A stretch of 64,000 nucleotides of DNA from Phoronis australis. Taxonomy: Eukaryota > Animalia > Phoronida. Each line of letters opens with the position of its first letter. Position 1 is the stretch's first letter. A model generated the notes under the pieces. It saw nothing but the letters and a program-made list of their open reading frames with translations, was not told the origin of the DNA and ran no database searches. Made by a program: the position numbers and the translations under genes. Below, piece by piece: positions 47,779-61,674 of this stretch. The stretch is taken from positions 812,556-876,555 of the forward strand of contig NMRA01000113.1 of assembly GCA_002633005.1 (NCBI GenBank). The letters run 5' to 3'.

Positions 47779-50700
47779 AGTACATTTCAAAGTTTCTTGG
47801 TAATATCACAGGGAAAAATTTTGTGCCTTGACCGCGAATTTGTTGCGAATTCGGTGGAGCAAGACACTGTAAATGCTATCTGAAGAAAGAACAATTACTC
47901 ATGGTTTGCTGAACCCCCATACCCAATTAAGCAGGATTCCAAGTTCACGCACAGTACTCTCGCGTCATTTAATTATGCTCAAACTTTCCTAACGTCGGTA
48001 CGAGAAATTTTCAGACCCTAGTTACCGGCCCACAGCGGCATTTTTCAGAGCAAGAAAACAACTTTCAGTGGCAACTTGTACATTGCAAGCTGTTCTGTTC
48101 TGCCAGGAACCCCTCTCTGATAAAAGATGATATTTAATTGTCACTCCTGGCGTCCTTTTTTCTTTGAAATTTAGTGTATAGCTGAACTTCCTAGTTGGAG
48201 GGGGCCCCGGCGATATAAAGGGCGTCCATTACCCTTTCCTGTTCGCAAGTCTCTTCTCAGTCACGGCGAAGTCTCCAATGATGGAATCATTTTGATTCTG
48301 ATTTTGTGAAATCTGCATGAAAAACCACCTCATTCAGCGGTCATACATCGCGAAGCGCCAAACCTGGGGTCATACAAAAGTAAACCAGTTACCTTTCTGG
48401 GCGTTGAAATGTTCATAATCACTACATAATTTTTCTTAATCATCTCGTAGTTATACTTAATCAATGCGAATGCGTACTTCTAATCGGTTATACATTCCAA
48501 TCACGCCCGTGCTCTCAAGTCACAAAATGACGGAATGGGTACAAGACAACTTTTGAAGAATGGTGCAGATTCTCATAAAGTGGCCATGTAAATGATGGCA
48601 CCGTTAAATTAGTTAGGAACAGGTATGTTTTAATAATAATATACATTAAATTCTATTAACTTCGATTTTTTCTCATGTCAAATTGTCTTTTATTGGACAT
48701 AACGAATAACTAATTATTCAACGCGCTGAATAAGCAATACTGCGCGTTAATTAACAAAACTGTGCGTTGATTAAGCAAAAATGCGCGTTGAATGATGGCA
48801 GAACGATGATCGTTTAATAACTAATTCAGCACATTTCAAAACGCAGAAAGGGACTCGTTCAACAACTCTTTGGCGCTTCATAGTTTTCATTCGGCAGTGG
48901 CTTCTAAATCGTGGCTATAAATCCATCAACTTAGTCCACTGTTAATTAAGCGTTCCCGTGCTCCTTTCATATGTAGCATCTCGTTCGGTAGGCCAATTAT
49001 TTAGCAAACTTTATTAAAACCACTCATCATACTAACGGGTACCAGAGACCTAACTCGTCCATTTTGGCTCATTTTTATTATATTTATTCGGGTAGACACG
49101 ATTCTACCTTAACTTTTTACAATGAATTCTATTTCAGAATCCAAAAAAAATCATCAGTTCTAGTCCACGATATGTCAAGGATTTTATTCGGTGTTTTATT
49201 GCCGTGACGGAAGCCATCGTTACGGTAACTGGTGTCTTCCAAACAATAGGACCTGGTATCAAATTTCTTGATAAACAGCGGAGATCTTGGCGACAGCGGG
49301 TACTGTACAAACTCAATGACGAAGAATAAGGTGCCGTGAAACGGGGGCGAGTTCCTCATAGTAATATGTAAGTTATATTAGGCAGGTGACACGATAATGT
49401 AATCAACTGTTCTCCTTTTCTAGCTTTTTAAACCTTATAATATTTCTTATTAGAGTACGTAAATTAGAAAGCACCCCGTTCATTTGAAGGAATCTCCTCA
49501 GACGGGGTTCTCTCTTGCAGGAGCGACTAGGGGTAATTACCCCTCAGCACCCTATAAATCAAACAATTAATTATTCACGAGTAGTTGAACAAAATCAAAT
49601 TAATCATAAAAGCCATAAAAATGTGCATGCGAAGCACACCAGAGTCTAGACATGCAACCCAAACAACAAAAACGTGAGATTGTATTGAGAATAGCATCGA
49701 CCGGAATAAAGATAAAAGAATTTGAAGACCACAAAGGTCTTATTCTCGATGGTTTTGTAACAATATAAATATCGGTACTGAGTTTTTCCAAAAAAATCAT
49801 TTTTGGAAATAGACGAAAAAAACTTCCGATATAATGTTCCAGACACTCTCTCCGAGGTAGTATTACTCCTTATTTCTCCGTATTTCGCAGCCCGCGGTCG
49901 GGACTTCTACTATACCCATCAAATAATTATTTTGCTTGTACTTGATCTTTTGGCACGGATAACAAAGTGAAATTCAAAAAGGACCAACGAGCAGACAGAA
50001 GTAAGAATGTACGCAGGGGTATAACTGGTGTCGACGGAGGGGGGGGGGGGGTTNGGGGGGTTAGTGCAGGTGAAGGTAAAACGAGTGCGTTGCTCTACTT
50101 CCGTGGAAATCGTTTGTTAAGTGTCCAACTTCAGGCGAAACCTTTCACTTTTTGAAGTCCAACAGCGGCACCAAAGTGTCTCGCTTTTTAACGCGACACT
50201 TTATTTAAACAATCATCGCATATTTTTGTGCTTTTCCATGCACTCAATTTGGGTCTACCTGGCACTATTTCGTCCCCGTTACTTTTCACTGGCTCGGTTA
50301 AAAAATCGACAAGAAACGCTTTTCCATTTTGGACAGCTTCAGTACTGAATTCCCGAGTGTTTCATTTTCATTGGCTTCCTTCTTAATCTGCCCCCCTATG
50401 GACCTAGAACACCAGAGGGGAGCAGTAAATGGCGGAAGGACTATGAGAAAATTTAAGATTGTGTTTTGTACAGTTTCCGAGTACCGCATGTATGAAAATA
50501 CCACAAGACTTGCCGTTTTATCTCCTGGAAAGACAAGTTAAAGCTGCTTTTCCGGCTGGTTTGCAGGAAGGGACACTCCCGAACTTAGAGGTCTCGCGAC
50601 TAGTGGACGGATCCAGTTTTTCAAAACGGAGTTCGGAGATTCAAGTAAAACGATAGGTTTCTGATGAGAATTCTTTACGATCACGAACAGATGGGTACAA

Positions 50701-51250
50701 ATCTGGAAGTGAAATATAGTGTCTTCATTTATGTGCCGATGGGCCGTTACTCCCTGGGAAGAACCGGGGAGGCGTTGCGTTGGTGTAGTTATTTCGCGCA
50801 AAATTTGTACTTTTTGTGTTGTTGCCAACATTCCATGTCGTGTGATGACCAAAAATCCGACAGTACGGCTTCTAATGCGGATCATTAATTTTCAAATTCA
50901 TATTTATGATACGAAGGTAAAGTTCAGTAACGCTAGGACCTACGCTAGGATCTCACTAAAAAGCAAGACTTCGCGAGATTACGTGAGATATTGTAGAATA
51001 TTTTAAATGTAAACACGTGATTTTGACTTGATTTTTCTAGTCGCGAGACAGCTACTGAACTCCACCCAGTTAATTGCGGGTATATATATGCCTATGAAAA
51101 GTTCAAAAGAAATGTCAAAAACTCTTTACAGTTTTCATTTATGCAACTTTGCATTTTGGCATAATAGTCATAAAATGTTTATTTTTCAGTGCTACTAGCA
51201 CCTCATGCAAAAGTGTAACACTTTAAAAGCAAATCGTGTTGAGGGCTGGT

Positions 51251-51308
51251 GAGAGAGAGAGAGAGAGAGAGAGNNNNNNNNNNNNNNNNNNNNNNNNNNN
51301 NNNNNNNN

Positions 51309-51362
<54 letters not shown>
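51251..51362. repeat. (GA)n microsatellite containing an assembly gap
   Basis: Directly visible, with an N run at 51274-51308. Confidence 0.97.
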
Positions 51363-51365
<3 letters not shown>

Positions 51366-53100
51366 TACCTAAAAATTTGAAATTTTCAACTCTTTTAATA
51401 ATTTTTAGGAGGATATCGTGAGTATCAGAGGCTTTAGAAAGATTCATAAATACGGAAATTGGGTTCAAACCTTTGTCAAAGTTTTTGTAAAGAGAGTGGA
51501 TGAAATCAGTAGCCGCGAGTTCAGTGGAGTGGTCGGGTCAGAAACCATACTGGGACTTACGTAGAAGATTGTTATGAGAAAGATAGGAAATACAACATAC
51601 TTGATCATGAACATTTTTTTCAAAAACTTTTACAAATTGTAGGTAAAATAGATATTGGTCTGTAGTTAACAAGAGAGTTACTGTCGGTGTCATTACCTTT
51701 ATAAATAGGGATTACCTTATTATAGTTACCTTCAAACCACCCGGAAAATACCTGTGCGTAGGGATTGGTTTATAATCATAGAAATCGGTTTACATATTAA
51801 GTTCGAGTATTTTTTGATAAATTAACATGATAGGCCATCACTGTCTGTAGTGAATTTTGATTTACCTTCAGTACTTTGTCGTCATCAACGGGTTTAAACT
51901 AAAGAAAGAGTCAGGGGAACCACCAAGAAAACTTTCGAAACGTTCATTGCATATCAGTATTTGAGAAACCAAATTCTTCCCAAAGTTAATAAAATAGTCG
52001 TTGAACTGATCACCTATTTTCTGTTTATCAGTAATGTGTCCAGATGTAGAACAGTTCTGAAGGATGAATTAGAATACGTTTTTGATGACTTGCCAAGTTT
52101 GGCGCATATCATTTTTGTGCTGCTTGAACTATGCATTTGGCTTCTTTTGTTACAGATTTACTGTTATAATTTCTCAGATTTAATGAGTAAATGCGAGAAA
52201 AATAGAATCAGGAGGTGTGGTTTTCATTTTTTATAGAGTTTGTCTCGCACTTTTATTAATTTTGATATGTCAAATGTAATCCAGTCGTTTGGTTTATGCT
52301 TATGCTTGTTGAAATGTTTATTTACCAATCTAAAATAATAGTTCAGTATACCAGCTTCGAACATGTTCGTGGTTGGAGAGAATTTTGTATAAATTTGATC
52401 AATAAGAGTGCGAAGTGTTGTTGGCGAGACGAGTAGGAAAGGTTATCTTAGGAAGAGACAGGTTTAACATAGTCAAAAAATACCAAATTTTGTATGATTG
52501 AAAGTTTATAGTAAATTGACATTGAAGTCACCAGCTATCAAAAAGTCACCCTCTTTAGCAATGGACTTTGAAATTGTTGGAAAAAGTCAAGCATGAAGTC
52601 ATCAAAGTGTCTCTCACCATTCTACGGGTCTATATATGTCCAATATGGTAAGATGTTTGCCACTGCTCAATTTCACTTTAATTACTAAACCTTCATACGT
52701 CTTTTTATTATTAATTATTTCAACATAAATTATGATTAATCGTATCTCTGGCGTAAATAGCCAAGCCCCCATGTTTCTAAGTCTTTTTTATCATATTGCA
52801 ACCTTCTAAATAGTAAAAAATTTAATTTGTCATCAGAATCCAGCCATGTTCCTTGTAAGCAGATGCAGTCAAACGGCAAATATATTTTTTTTTTAATTTC
52901 CTTAAATAGCCTGAAGTAGATCAAATTTAGAACGCAGAGACTGAATATTTAAGCCGAGCAAACAGAAATCGGTCTTGTGATTGCTAAGAAATATTTCTAC
53001 GCAGTCAATACCATACTCATAGTACAGGGAATTTTTGTTTGTAAAAAATCATGTTCATCATTAGTATTGAATAAATCAGGCAGATTATTATCCGTGATTG
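51363..53100 (-). mobile_element. Decayed LINE (L2/Crack-like) APE-RT
   Basis: Frameshifted remnants LNIQSLRSKFD, CICLQGTWL, IAGDFNVNLL, DHSTELAA, PISVFMNLSKASD and VENFKFLGI. Confidence 0.85.
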
Positions 53101-53513
53101 ACGAGTACACCACCTGTCATGGTAAGCCTGTATGTAGAATCAAATAAGCGTGCAGTTCCCCAGCATGCAAGTTCATGGGAAAAATATATACATTCCAGAT
53201 ATAATCTAAAACGATTACAGAAATGCTGAGCACCAGCATTCCAAATACTGGTCAATATATATAAACATGGTTACCTCACAAATTAAGATTTGAGGACTGG
53301 GTTCAAGGTCATACCTATGTATGAATGAGTCATGCGAAGCTAATCATGCACATTCACAACGCACAAACCAATATTATAGGAGACAAGAAAAACAAGGGAG
53401 AGCAGGCTGCATGTAAACAAACGACATGTGCATTTTGCCCTGAGAGAAAACACCAGCACCACCCCACATCTCCGGTGCAGGGACCAGTCTCAGTATTGCT
53501 GTAGATTGACCAG

Positions 53514-53768
53514 GGCCCTGTTCCAAGAAACTGACTTAAGTTCATTTTTGACTTAAGTTTAAGATTTGTCTTAAATTCCAAACTTTGAAACTCTCACATT
53601 CGGTAAGTTAGTCAAAATTAAGACAAAAACCAATGTCACACTGACACACGTAAGTCGAACTTAAGATCTCTTTCTTGAATTGCTTTTGAGACAAATTTAA
53701 CTTGTATTTTAAAATTTACTAAAATTTAAGATTTGTCTTAGCTAATTCAGTTTTGTTGGAACGGGCCC
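53514..53768. mobile_element. Harbinger-like MITE
   Basis: TIR GGCCC(T)GTTCCAA/TTGGAACGGGCCC with CAG on both flanks and internal CTTAAG repeats. Confidence 0.75.
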
Positions 53769-54041
53769 CAGTTCTCTAATGAGTGCATGCGCACTTTGAA
53801 TTACACACGCGTTTCCAGGCGGTTGCCGATTCACCATAGGGGTCTCGCCTACCACATCGCTGGTTCCCTGGATGTAGAAAACACGCGTGTATCATTCAGT
53901 AGCACATACGTGCTTTCAGGTACTTGATGCAGGCCTAACCCCGGCAGTCATTGGTTAGCTTTAAAAAAAAAACAGTGCAGGTGGTCTGATGTCATTTGCG
54001 GTGCATCAGACGTGCGCAGGCCTCATGGTCGGGCCCACTTA

Positions 54042-55157
54042 CACTTCCGGCCATCAGTCATGCCAGTTTTGTTTGCGTAAAGCGCTTCCTGTTGAGAATT
54101 CAACCACCCAATCAGAAACGCTGGTGTAAAAAAAAAATACCGAAAAAAATTAAATGATACCTGCGTGTTCTCTATCACTGAGGTAGCAACACGCAGGGAC
54201 TCAGTATCGCGGCCTACCACAAGTACTCGAGCGTAACATTTGCCTGCCGCATTGAAGTAATGAGAGAGACATCATGGATGTCCAACGCAAAACTCACACA
54301 GACTCGGACGTTTTAGTGTGCGACTCATAGAAACAGAGATTATTTAAACATGCCTCTTAGTTGTCACCAGGGACAGTACGTTAGACCTGGTCATCGAATT
54401 GGATTTGCAAATATGGTGCTTGTAGAAATATATGCCGGTAATAACTTGAAGAAGAAGAAAGGCAAGCTATCGTCAAAACAAGTTAATTAGCACGTGACAG
54501 CTGATAATTATACCAGGGCCCAGTTGCATAAAACTTATACGCTGCATCATGACGTCGCAATCACGCGCCACGTTGATACTGTTGAACAATGCACCTGACG
54601 CCACAACAATCAAATTTATCCAGCGGATACTTTGGAAGTTTAATGCAACCCAGCCTTGATCTGAAGAGTCATAGAACGCGGCACGCCAGTTGCGGGGTTA
54701 GTTGCCGATTCAAGTGACTTCTTGTAGACTCTTGACGATGCATTTCTGTTCTGCCCATTAAGTAACTAAATCTTGATTTGGCCGTCGTTTGTCCAGGGCT
54801 TTAGTATTTTCTTCTCCTTCAACTTTCTACACTGAAATAACAGTTCATCTAGCTCCTTTCCTCGTCAGGTTTTCATTCATGATGAATGTTCCATCTATGA
54901 TTGCCATCATTCGTTCTTTTGTTGTAGAGATCGAATTTGACGCTCGTTGTGAGTCGCAAATTTTGATATCAGGCCTCTGATAACCGATATTCTCTCGCTG
55001 GTTCCTTGCGTGCCGCTAGGTGGTCACTGAGTAGCCAGCACGCAGGTATCACTTAATTTTTCTCGGGAAGATTTTTTACACCAGCTTTTCTGATTGACTA
55101 GTCTACAACAGGCAGCGCTTTACGCAAACAAACTGGCATGACTGATGGACAGAAATG
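54042..55157. mobile_element. TA-flanked TIR element (~150-bp imperfect TIRs) with nested MITE
   Basis: CACTTCCGGCCATCAGTCATGCCAGTTTTGTTTGCGTAAAGCGC is inverted at ~55115-55157, with TA on both sides. Confidence 0.75.
54517..54655. mobile_element. Small Harbinger-like MITE
   Basis: GGCCCAGTTGCATAAAACT/AGTTTAATGCAACCCAGCC imperfect TIR. Confidence 0.55.
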
Positions 55158-55834
55158 TATATTATGTGGTTTAATGTACTTAAAATTTATGTTCAGAATC
55201 CTAGAAATTGTGGTTGTGCCTTTTTCGCAGTGCATCTTTCTACTGTCGATGACTTTTGTTTACAATACTGCCCTGTATTCATACAATATGAATAACACAC
55301 CGGTTAAATCGGTCACATATGTGTTTATTGCCCCGTGCCTCAAGCACTCGGCTATTAACATCACTGCAGAAACGAAATAGTTGCTGTGACGCTACTTGTA
55401 TGAATGACATGGATAAAAATCGTTTACAGTCAGTCATTTTTCATGGCGTTGTAACAAGCTAGTAACTAATGACTGCTGAGGTTACATCAACCAATGCTCA
55501 TCGTTAGTAAAGCATGTGCCACTGCGTGATACCTGCGTGCTGGCTAGGCACGTTGGGAACCAGCGAGATATACTAAGCTGGCTAATCGGTGCTCGGCCGC
55601 AAAATCACGCCAGATCCACGATCCGCGGGAAACGTAACGTGTCGTCGCGCGCCGTCATGATAAATACCTACATTGTCACGAAAGTGTAGGACCCTAGAAA
55701 AAAAATGTCCTAATTTGGCTAGGTCCGGAACAAGAAGTTTCCTCCTGACGGAAGTATTCTAATTTTTCAGCTTCAGTTTGAAATATCACTATTACCGCAT
55801 CCGTATATTCGGAAGCTGCGCCTATATCTGAAAT

Positions 55835-55961
55835 CAGGGACGGATCCAGGATTTTGAGTTGGGGGGGCGGGGCCAGGCAATTAGCCAGCATTTTGCCCAT
55901 CTGGAAAATGATATGGGTGGGGGCATGGCCCCCTTGCCCCCCCCCCTTAAATCCGCCACTG
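55835..55961. mobile_element. Short GC-rich hAT-like MITE
   Basis: CAGGGACGGATCCAGG ... TAAATCCGCCACTG with no matching TSD. Confidence 0.7.
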
Positions 55962-56329
55962 TGGAGTTACTGTTGGGATGACTCGATCAGAGGTTTATCT
56001 TCCTGTAGTGGATTGTGTTCGTGATTAGTAATTTCATCGCAGTATGATTGTGCGGATAGGCTCGGGAGAACGCCCTACTTCACTTTCTTGTAAATTCCCC
56101 GGGTCAAACTATTTTTGAGAGAACTCACGAAATGTCATGTTGGACAGTTTTTAGTGACAGTCACCGGTTCAGGCTTGCAACTGGCGGCAACTGACTCCCG
56201 ACGAGATAAATTATAGAATGATATATAGCTCATTGGTCTCTCCACCTGGTGGTAAATGGGAAATGCGAAACCACAGATAGAATCAATGAGATAAATCATA
56301 TTTAGCTCATTGGACGGATCTATGATCGA

Positions 56330-57845
56330 AACACTCCAGCAAATCTTTGAAAAAAAAAACGAATTCTTTACAATATGGACATATGGGCCTAAGAAACGCT
56401 TATGTAAATTCTGTCAATAGCGTTTTTCGAACTTAAATACTGTCTTACAAAAATGGAGAAATGACTTTCAAACGCTATTCCAAAATTATTCTAGCGATAA
56501 AAGTTTTGATGAGATTTTTATCAAAATGTTATGGACAAACGAAATTATTTAGACAAATCATGTAACAGTGAAAGCAACGACATTTTTTTCTGTCTTAAAT
56601 AGTGATATAACATTTGAAAAGGTCAGGAAAGTAGTTATGGATACAAAAATGGTAAAGCAGTTGGTATAGGTAAGATTTGGTACGAAATATTAAAGTTTGA
56701 TAATATTATTAATGTTCTTACTGAGTTGTTCAAAAGATTTTTGAGAGTAGTGTTATGCCCTCCTGTTGGTACAGAGCAATTATTGCCCCTATACCAAAAA
56801 ATCGTCTGATGACACCAAGTTACACTACAGAGGAATTAGTCTGCTGTCAAATTTTTATAAAATTTTCAGCACTGTATTGAAAACTAGGATTGTTAATTTT
56901 TGTGACGCAAATGATGTTATTGTGGATGAGCAAGACAGTTTCCGGAGTCAGCGCCATTATCTGTTTTACTATGATAAGGACTAGACAGGCTTCTAGTTTT
57001 TCAATTTTATTTGCGGCATTCATCGATATGAAAAACGCCTTACGAACTCATGTTTAATAAGTTGATAAAAAATGGTATCTTGGGACGAATATATTCTGCT
57101 GTTAAAATGGTTTATAAAAGCCCGCTAAGCTGTATTCGTTTAAACGACACTTTGTACACAGACTGGATCAATCTTGAGAGTGATGTCCGACAAGGTGATA
57201 CATTATTTCCGTCTTTATTTGCATTGTATATCAATGATCTACTTCCTGACGCAGCTGGTAGAGCACACATTTAAAACGAATACTAACTTGGGATAAGATT
57301 TAACACTTTTACAACAATTTAATTCTTGTGTAGCTCCAATTCAACTCATCGCGTATTTGAGGTTTCAAGGAATTTCAGTTTCCTGAAACCATCCAAAATG
57401 GAGCAATGGTAACGGATTTTGTTCTAATCACTTTGTTACCGGAGATATGGGTTGGGAACCTTCAATGAATAGCACAGAAATTAAATTTATTCAAAGACGA
57501 ATTACATTTCATTTTTGTCTGCCCAATGTATAACCACCTGAGAAATAAAAGTTTTGTCCAAAATTGCTGCTCACAATTTAGACTTTAATTATTTGAGTGA
57601 CATTAAAAAACTTCAGAGTATGTTTCATAGGTTTCCTCGCCAATTGGCAAAATTTGTAAAAGAAGCCTATTTCGGAAGAAATGAGTCGTTGTATACCTTA
57701 CTATTTAAAAATAGTAGGGTATTTTAAAAAATACATGTGGTATTGAAAGCGACAAATAAACCCGAAGGACTGGCTACATACATATCAACTGGATTGTAAT
57801 GTTGTAATTGAAAATTGTACTTGTAATATTAAATGAATGACTAAA
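56330..57845 (+). mobile_element. Decayed, 5'-truncated LINE RT fragment with 3' end
   Basis: YRGISLLS..KIF, IVDEQDSFR, FIDMKNA, DVRQGDTLFPSLFALYINDL, then a C-terminal DELHF..CPMYNHLR remnant and an AT-rich tail. Confidence 0.88.
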
Positions 57846-57879
57846 TAACTATATGGTAGTCGAGTAACATCGGTGTCGG

Positions 57880-57948
57880 GTGTCATCAAAGACGTTACGG
57901 TCTCGGGTGTCACTAGACACATTTCGCGTAAAATCATATTTCCACAAG
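57880..57948 (+). other. GMPR: Candidate non-coding first exon of GMPR
   Basis: Donor AAG|GTGACG at 57949 pairs with acceptor TTGATTTCTTGCAG ending at 58044 (96-nt intron). The start is approximate. Confidence 0.4.
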
Positions 57949-58058
57949 GTGACGCTTTTACATGTACAAGTTTTCTCTCAAACGAAACCAACAAAAGTGT
58001 ATGCTCTCTGAAAGGGCGGGAGTGGACGCCTTGATTTCTTGCAGATCTTTTTATCAGA

Positions 58059-58145
58059 ATGCCTCGTATTGATAGTGACATTAAATTGGACTTTAAAGAC
58101 GTTTTAGTTCGGCCTAAGCGAAGTACTTTAAGGAGCAGATCTGAT
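58059..58145 (+). CDS. GMPR: GMP reductase, coding exon 1
   Basis: [29 protein letters not shown] with donor GTGAGT; 87 nt. Confidence 0.97.
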
Positions 58146-58429
58146 GTGAGTATGTCCTAACAAAAATTAAATTGTATTTTTACAAAATAGCTCCACTGCC
58201 ATGTTCGCCTGGAGTATAGGAACCTCATACGCCGAAAGCTTGTCGGCGAATTATGCCTCACACTGATTAAAAAATCAAAGTCACGTTGTTTTAAGTACCT
58301 TTTGCACGTAGTTGGACTCCTTAGCCTTAGGAAGCCGTCGATAGTAAGTAAGTAAGCAAGCAAAAGTAAGTACACAGGAGAATACATAACAAGAAAAAAA
58401 CACATGTGCTGGTCACTGATAAAATTAGA

Positions 58430-58920
58430 CAGTGACCACAGTCTCCACTGGCTCTGCAGTAAAGACTGTGAAGCCCCTATAGGCGCTTCATATGCTGGAA
58501 GATTTTTCGGCGAATTATGCCTCGCTCTGACTAAAAAATCAATGGTACGTTGTTATATACCTTTTGCGCATCGAGGGATACCTTAGGCCGTCGAAGTATT
58601 TAATTCCTTCCAACTCGAACAAATACTCCTGTTACCAACTTTTTCTTTGAGCACTAGTCCCTCATTCATTTCCAGTCAGTGACCACAGTCTCCACTGGCT
58701 CAGCAGTAAAGACTGTGAAGCCCCTATAGGCGCTTCATATGCTGGAAGATTTTTCGGCGAATTATGCCTCGCTCTGACTAAAAAATCAATGGTCCGTTGT
58801 TATATACCTTTTGCGCATCGAGGGATACCTTAAGAGGCCGTCGAAGTATTTAATTCCTTCCAACTCGAACAAATACTCCTGTTACCAACTTTTTCTTCGA
58901 GCAGTCCCTCATTCATTTCC
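58430..58920. repeat. Near-identical 247-bp tandem duplication in GMPR intron
   Basis: Units start at 58430 and 58677. A more diverged partial copy lies at ~58190-58345. Confidence 0.92.
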
Positions 58921-59879
58921 CAAAATTGGTAACACACCATTTTTAACACTGCGTGCACCAGTGGATATGGGTTCTCTACTGAAAATAATTGGCTGAAAAT
59001 TTTGTATAGGTTTCAACATACTGGTATAAAAAGCATTTAAAACCTTTACTGTCCATATAATAGTTGCGAACTTCCACTGCTGTGTGGTGGGATGTACTAA
59101 TGTCTTGGGGAAAAAGTAAACCTTTTGGAATATCAACAGATTAATAGGGACATCGTTTTCCATACATTTCCCACTGCGAAGAAATATCCGCGACAAAGCC
59201 AATGGCTGCGGCTAATAAAGTGGGATAATTTTGATTCCGAGGGATTGTTAAAAGGCTAAAATAAATTAATGACCTTAAACTAATCAATCAATGGGAGGGG
59301 CTAATTGTGGAATTAATTCCTCTACTCTTAAATGAACGAACCCTTATGTAGTAATTGAATTTCTATCCACCATATCTGAGCTGGGATCAGTCGGAAGTCA
59401 CTTTTGTGCTCTTGTTACTCTAGAAAGCACCAATGTGAAAAGTTCCCTTATTACATTGCCATGTGGCATACACAGACGATAGTACACCCTATAAAAAGTT
59501 ACTTATCTTAAAAAAACAGTGAGTAACATCGAATGAAACGTGCATATATGTAAATATATTTACACATTTTGTTGAAAACATGACTAAATTTTTTGTTTGA
59601 AAGCTTGATACTGAGTCGCTCGTACACATTTAGTTGTAATTAACGCATACTGTGACTCTGGAGACAAGTTAGTCAACATTATGATAGAAATAAACACACC
59701 TAAAGCACACCGTTTGCAGTGAAGTCTTGGGCACATTTCAACGCTCTGCGTTGCTCTTGTTAAGTGACAATTTTTAGTGTAAAATATATTTTTGACGAGG
59801 TGAAAACCTCTTATTTGGTGAGTGGATTTGGTCTACTGGCCGTTTAAAATACATGGGATGAAATTGACATAGAAACTGA

Positions 59880-60630
59880 TAGGGACTTTTGTAGCCCCTA
59901 CCAGGCAGCTGGCTGTATGCCTGTATGTAGTATGGTCAAAGTACACCTAGGAACCACTGTGTGTTAAGCTCCAAGAGTCCTGGAAATGTCACACTGCCTG
60001 AGTAATTCTGCTTGTCACCTTGTCGCTGTGCCTTTTAGGGGCAATTTAATTTTTTTACATTATATACAGAAACTCCACTACTGTGCCCTGAGGATCACAC
60101 TTCAAAACCACTCCAGCTCATGCAAGTACTTGTTATCCAAACTAGTCCAGTACCATTGATTCCAGACACACCCGAGTTGTAGCCAACAGAACCTTCAAAA
60201 TTCTGGATGGACATTGCCCTTCTGATATGTACTACTTCAGTAACTCCACACATTAATTCGTTCTGCTACCACATCTCTATAGTGGTGGTTGCTGTAAATG
60301 CCTGTTGTGCAAGTTGTAAATAGTGCCAGTGACCCTCTAGTCATATTATCTCCTAGTCTGCCTCAGTATTTACTTATTCATGTATCTTTATCAGTCATTG
60401 CTTAGTACTAAAATTAAACTTATATACAGCTATCTTGTTTAAGGCGTATGTTTATGTTTATGCCATCGTCTCACTAGTTGTTACTTAGACTTACTGTTGT
60501 AACTTTCAATTGTTTCTTATAGTCCATGTTGTTGTTTACATTTCATTTATTGATTGTATGTAAAGCTGTGTAGCTTGTGTTTCTTGTTTTTTCATGTACC
60601 AACATTAAATAAAGTTTATTCTACTCTACA
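59880..60630 (+). mobile_element. Old CR1/L2-like LINE 3' fragment
   Basis: Weak remnants (YACxVWSK, FKILDG..P), then an AT-rich UTR, AATAAA at ~60609 and a short TTCTA-like tail. Confidence 0.5.
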
Positions 60631-60767
60631 TTAGATTCTATATTTACAGAGATTCTTGATACATTTTCATGAAATTGATGTAGTCGTGGGTACATTTCAA
60701 TGCTTTTCGTTGGTCTTGTTAAATCGTAAAAGAATGACATGTCAGTACTTTTAATGCATGTTTCTAG

Positions 60768-60887
60768 GTCGATCTAACCCGTGGGTTTGAGTTCCGCAAT
60801 TCTAAGAAGTCTTACAATGGCGTCCCAGTCATGGCTGCCAACATGGACACCGTTGGAACTTTTGATGTCGCCAAGGAGATGTCCAAG
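60768..60887 (+). CDS. GMPR: GMP reductase, coding exon 2
   Basis: VDLTRGFEFRNSKKSYNGVPVMAANMDTVGTFDVAKEMSK, AG/GT flanked, 120 nt, phase 0. Confidence 0.97.
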
Positions 60888-61139
60888 GTCAGTAAACTTT
60901 GCCTTTATTGCTATGATGTTTGAATATGTCTCCTACTAATATTTTTTTGAGTAGCAATGATAGTTCTCTAATGGAATTTTGCAACGTTCGCCCATATTTT
61001 TCTTGTTTGTCACAAAAATTACAATGTGAAAGCAACATTGTGTCTTTGTTATGATAAAAATTTGTTGTAAACACTGACCTGTTCCTGAGTAAAAGCTCTG
61101 GGAGCTTAATTAAAAATTGAAAGAGTACACTCACAGATG

Positions 61140-61445
61140 CTGAAAGCACTCTAGAGAGCGAAACATGGCGATGAGGAATGACAGCAAAATGGTTAGAAAA
61201 AACAATGTACATAATGGCAAATATGAATGAAAGACGATGAGGTCAATAATGATGACGACGAAGACGACGGCAGTGATGATGACGATGATTTTTTCTGAAG
61301 ATGGCGCTGTTCCTTTTCCAGTTATGAGAGCGGAGTTGGGACATACTTCAGCAAAATAGTGAGGTAATTCCCACACCATTTTTGTGCACTCCACATATAC
61401 ATATGCATATGCACTCCACATATGCATATGTGGAGTGCATATTAC
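61140..61445. mobile_element. HINE-like remnants
   Basis: The 5' part resembles 36640-36820 (GAGCG...GAT/GAC-rich tract...AGATGGCGC). Palindrome TGCACTCCACATATGCATATGTGGAGTGCA at ~61410-61439. Confidence 0.5.
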
Positions 61446-61674
61446 CGTCGTCTTTTTCCTGGGCATCTGCTTCGGTATCTCCTTAACTCCTTGCACAATC
61501 TTAATGAGATTTAGAAGTTGTGCATCTATGATTATCAGGTTACTGGGTTTTCAAGGCAGACTGGTCATTTAGAAAAGAGAGTCTTGTATTATTTGACTGA
61601 TATCATTTACTAGATCGATTGATGGTAACAAACATTTATGTGTCATGTTATTTTGTATAATTCTGTCTTTACAG

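Noticed and set aside
47800-51200. Many 60-115-aa ORFs in the intergenic region
   Set aside because: They overlap on both strands with no motifs or coherent splice pattern, consistent with chance ORFs and old repeats.
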